A DNA stretch of 62,735 bases from positions 1 to 62,735 of the forward strand of contig JBDRMK010000007.1 in the NCBI GenBank assembly GCA_043812155.1, in the 5' to 3' direction. Of the stretch, positions 60,368 to 62,735 are shown piece by piece. The notes beneath the pieces were generated by a model that did not search any database, was not told where the DNA came from, and saw nothing but the letters and a program-made list of their open reading frames with translations. The translations under genes were made by a program, and so were the position numbers. This DNA is from Patescibacteria group bacterium (GTDB taxonomy: Bacteria > Patescibacteriota > Patescibacteriia > JAXHNJ01). Position 1 is the first letter of the stretch, and every line of letters starts with the position of its first letter.

Positions 60368-60766
60368 ATGAGAAAAGCCTTGATTTTCGCCTTGATTTTT
60401 TTGGCCGTAGTCGGCGGGCTCTCCCTTCGTTCCTATATCCTTGAGAAGAAGGAACTGAATGATGTCCGCCGGATCTGCTCTTTCTATTATGCTGTGGCCG
60501 TCCATTATGAGGAATTGAACGGCCGACCGCCGGAGTCGTTATCGGCCAAAATCGGCGGCACGACTCTGGCTGATTCGATCGTTACTCGGTGTTCCGAAGC
60601 AGGGATACCGGTAATCTCCATGGATTCGATGATGGTCTATAAGGACGTCATCGAGATCCGGCATGCGCCATGTATCACTATGAATCTCGATAGCAGTTTT
60701 GCAGTATACTGGAAGGAGGATTTTACAGAACATCTGTACGCCGTATACTCGCCAAGCGGTGAGTAG
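60368..60766 (+). CDS. second TM-anchored pseudopilin-like protein
   Basis: ATG behind ggagg. N-terminal hydrophobic helix, then HYEELNGRPPESL. Confidence 0.5.
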   Translation: MRKALIFALIFLAVVGGLSLRSYILEKKELNDVRRICSFYYAVAVHYEELNGRPPESLSAKIGGTTLADSIVTRCSEAGIPVISMDSMMVYKDVIEIRHAPCITMNLDSSFAVYWKEDFTEHLYAVYSPSGE

Positions 60767-60888
60767 GGAATTGCCCTTTTTTCGTCATATCGGGCACGTT
60801 CAAGTCCAACTCTTCGGACGTGCCTTCCTTCCTAGGTCATTATTACTACCAAAATAGTGGCTTGAGAAGGGTAATATTTATTAACCCC

Positions 60889-60916
60889 TTGACATTTTAT
60901 TCAATATAGTTATATA
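60889..60916 (+). promoter_or_regulatory. sigma70-like promoter at the right edge of the island
   Basis: ccccTTGACA, 16-nt spacer, TATATA. Confidence 0.5.
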
Positions 60917-60922
60917 TTGAAG

Positions 60923-61066
60923 ACAGAAAGCTGTCTGTAAGCCTAAAATCAAGAATTTCTGTGGCAATAGCAAATCTCTCTCCTCTTGTTTTAGAAACGC
61001 AAGTTTTTAAAGCAAAGCTACTGAACAGTCATTCTCAAATTTACAAAGCTTACAGGCAGCTTTTTG
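60923..61066 (+). ncRNA. candidate small RNA (about 140 nt)
   Basis: A 14-nt 5' segment agctgtctgtaagc (60929-60942) pairs with gcttacaggcagct (61048-61061) and is followed by TTTTT. It lies just downstream of the promoter. Confidence 0.4.
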
Positions 61067-61130
61067 CGTTTACTTTATTTTTTCGCTTTGAAACTGGGTT
61101 GGTTATTGTTATTTTAAGCATACTGCTGGT

Positions 61131-61650
61131 TAAATTCCAAATTTCAAGCATCAAATTTCAAATAAGCTCCAAATTTCAAAACCAAAATTCAAAACACAAG
61201 GTTATTTGGATTTTTCAATTATAGAACAGAAGATTTTCTTGAGCTCAATGGATTCGTTAAAAAGGAAATAGCCTTGTTTTTGGATATCTTCTTTATTGGT
61301 TTCCATTAACAATCTTAGCCAATAGGCGGATTCTTTCGCTTCTTTGCGGCAAATTTTTGCTCTTAAAAGAAAATCTTTTCGGCTCAAAGACTCATTGGCC
61401 TCAATATAATTGGCACCAACAGAACCGGCTGATCTTACCACTTGTTTTTTATATTCCAAGTTGGCCGCCGTGTAGGGTATTTTTTGCGTATAAAGAGCGA
61501 CGTTTTTGGCGAACTTAAAACATCTTTCCTCTAAGTCATAGTATTTGTTTCGGTCATTGAAATTTTGGTCATTGTCCGCCCGAGGCGGAACAGCCTTGGG
61601 CTGAGGATTTATTTGTGTTTTGGGATTTGTGATTTGGTGCTTAAACATAA
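61131..61650. repeat. hairpin cassette whose loop carries a four-helix-bundle gene (minus strand)
   Basis: The arm taaattccaaatttcaagcatcaaatttcaaataagctccaaatttcaaaaccaaaattcaaaacac mirrors ggatttatttgtgttttgggatttgtgatttggtgcttaaac. Confidence 0.65.
61202..61648 (-). CDS. four-helix-bundle protein (IVS/Avd-like family)
   Basis: YDLEERCFKFAKNV...KKQVVRSAGSVGANYIEANES.SRKDF..RAKICRKEAKES.YWL. The start MFKHQITNPKTQ is encoded by the arm. Confidence 0.85.
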   Translation of the reverse strand: MFKHQITNPKTQINPQPKAVPPRADNDQNFNDRNKYYDLEERCFKFAKNVALYTQKIPYTAANLEYKKQVVRSAGSVGANYIEANESLSRKDFLLRAKICRKEAKESAYWLRLLMETNKEDIQKQGYFLFNESIELKKIFCSIIEKSK

Positions 61651-61739
61651 AAAGAGGCCTTCCAAAGCCACCTATCACAATTATATAAAAAGCGCGGCCA
61701 GTTGTCAAAAGCGCGAATTTCTGTTAAAATTCGTTTATT

Positions 61740-62735
61740 ATGTTTGGTAAAATATGGCATAAATTGCAAACAACCGTGGCCGGGGGAGCGATGATCATCG
61801 CTTTTGCTTCTATTATTTCCCGCCTTTTAGGATTATTGCGCGACCGCTTGTTCGCCTCCACTTTCGGAGCAGGGGATATTTTGGACAGCTACTACGCGGC
61901 CTTCCGTTTGCCGGACCTTATTTTTAATGTTTTGGTCTTAGGCGCCCTTTCCGCCGCTTTTATCCCGGTATTTTTGGAATATTGGCAAAAAGATAAAGAA
62001 GGGGGTTTTACCCCCAAGGAAGCCTGGCGGATCACCAATTCCGTTTTAAACATTTTTTGCCTGATCCTTGTTTTTTTAGGCTTGATATTTTTTATTTTTG
62101 CTCCCCAGATCACTTCCTGGATAACGCCCGGTTTTTCTCCGGAAAAACAGGCGATGACCATGAAATTGACCCGGATAATGCTTTTATCAATAATATTTTT
62201 TGGCGTTTCCAATATTATCGGCAGTATTCTTAATTCTTTCCGGAAATTCGTCGCTTTTGCTTTCGCGCCGGTGATGTATAATATCGGAATTATTCTGGGC
62301 ATTACGTTTTTTTACAAATGGTGGGGGCTGGCGGGTCTGGCCTGGGGTGTTGTCTTAGGCGCTTTTTTGCATATGGTTATTCAGCTGCCTTCGGTCTTGA
62401 AGACCGGCTATCATTACCAATGGCTTTTTGATTTTCACCATCCCGGCGTCAAAAAAATGTTCCGCCTTATTCTGCCCCGTACTTTCGGCCTGGCGGTGGG
62501 TCAGATCAACCAGCTGGTGATCACCATTGTCGCTTCTTTTCTGGCGGCCGGGTCGCTGGCCGTTTTTAATCTGGCCAATAATCTGCAGAGTTTTCCCATT
62601 AATGTCTTTGGCGTTTCTTTGGCCATTGCCGCTTTTCCTCTGATGAGCGAGGCTTTTGCTTCCCGGTCCACGGAAAAATTCGTGGTCCAGTTTTCCGTCA
62701 CTTTGCGCCGGGTTTTATTTTTGATTATTCCCGCC
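61740..62735 (+). CDS. murJ: lipid II flippase MurJ (MviN), 3' end outside the window
   Basis: The open frame from the ATG at 61740 reads ...ISRLLGLLRDRLFASTFGAGDILDSYYAAFRLPDLIFNVLVLGALSAAFIPVF. It is absent from the ORF track because no stop lies in the window. Confidence 0.88.
   Translation, partial: MFGKIWHKLQTTVAGGAMIIAFASIISRLLGLLRDRLFASTFGAGDILDSYYAAFRLPDLIFNVLVLGALSAAFIPVFLEYWQKDKEGGFTPKEAWRITNSVLNIFCLILVFLGLIFFIFAPQITSWITPGFSPEKQAMTMKLTRIMLLSIIFFGVSNIIGSILNSFRKFVAFAFAPVMYNIGIILGITFFYKWWGLAGLAWGVVLGAFLHMVIQLPSVLKTGYHYQWLFDFHHPGVKKMFRLILPRTFGLAVGQINQLVITIVASFLAAGSLAVFNLANNLQSFPINVFGVSLAIAAFPLMSEAFASRSTEKFVVQFSVTLRRVLFLIIPA

Noticed and set aside
60961-61224. 87-aa plus-strand ORF
   Set aside because: It has a GTG start without an RBS. 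It reads through a predicted terminator and into the low-complexity hairpin arm (KFQISSIKFQISSKFQNQ is arm translation).

Overview
About 62.7 kb of an AT-rich, gene-dense bacterial chromosome. The gene content suggests a Candidate Phyla Radiation / Patescibacteria-type organism, but this is inference only. The supporting content is a four-subunit group-3b-type NiFe hydrogenase, several four-helix-bundle IVS/Avd-like proteins, a DUF4012/EPS cluster, a compact lower-glycolysis block and an oversized RNase P RNA. Gene order: a transposase tail. An SOS-type cassette (lexA, an IS200-like RAYT, a small ORF, two predicted antisense structured RNAs, frameshifted dinB). ssb. Two G+C-richer secreted proteins (a lipoprotein and an M23-like peptidase) that share a duplicated leader. 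murA. A sensor locus (two stand-alone 7TM modules, a PlsC-HAD fusion, DUF362, a 7TM-GAF histidine kinase, a receiver). A NiFe hydrogenase cluster with hypC and a Cys-less hypA-like gene. An FHA protein. pgk-eno-gpmI-gpmI-sugar kinase-acs. Four genes built around PEP-utilizer phosphohistidine swivel domains. A four-subunit 2-oxoacid:ferredoxin oxidoreductase. apt, mtnP, recJ, rnhA, rnpB. An EPS/glycosyltransferase cluster. Then a compositionally distinct island of about 6.7 kb (54.4-61.1 kb), and finally murJ. No rRNA, tRNA or CRISPR array was seen. The strongest leads are in the island. (i) A roughly 190-nt structured repeat family whose ends carry SD-like and anti-SD-like sequences, with compensatory stem changes between copies. 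(ii) Four stem-loops with an identical CCCGAAA loop on covarying stems, lying between a cold-shock-like/zinc-ribbon protein gene and a 2-TM protein gene. (iii) Several small 2-TM proteins behind shared hairpin leaders. Window-wide leads are long low-complexity hairpins that are either empty or carry an Avd-like four-helix-bundle gene in the loop, a tandem structured RNA in front of a 16-codon hydrophobic ORF, and a hairpin-embedded promoter module. All RNA structure and protein family calls were made by eye from the sequence and need computational confirmation.
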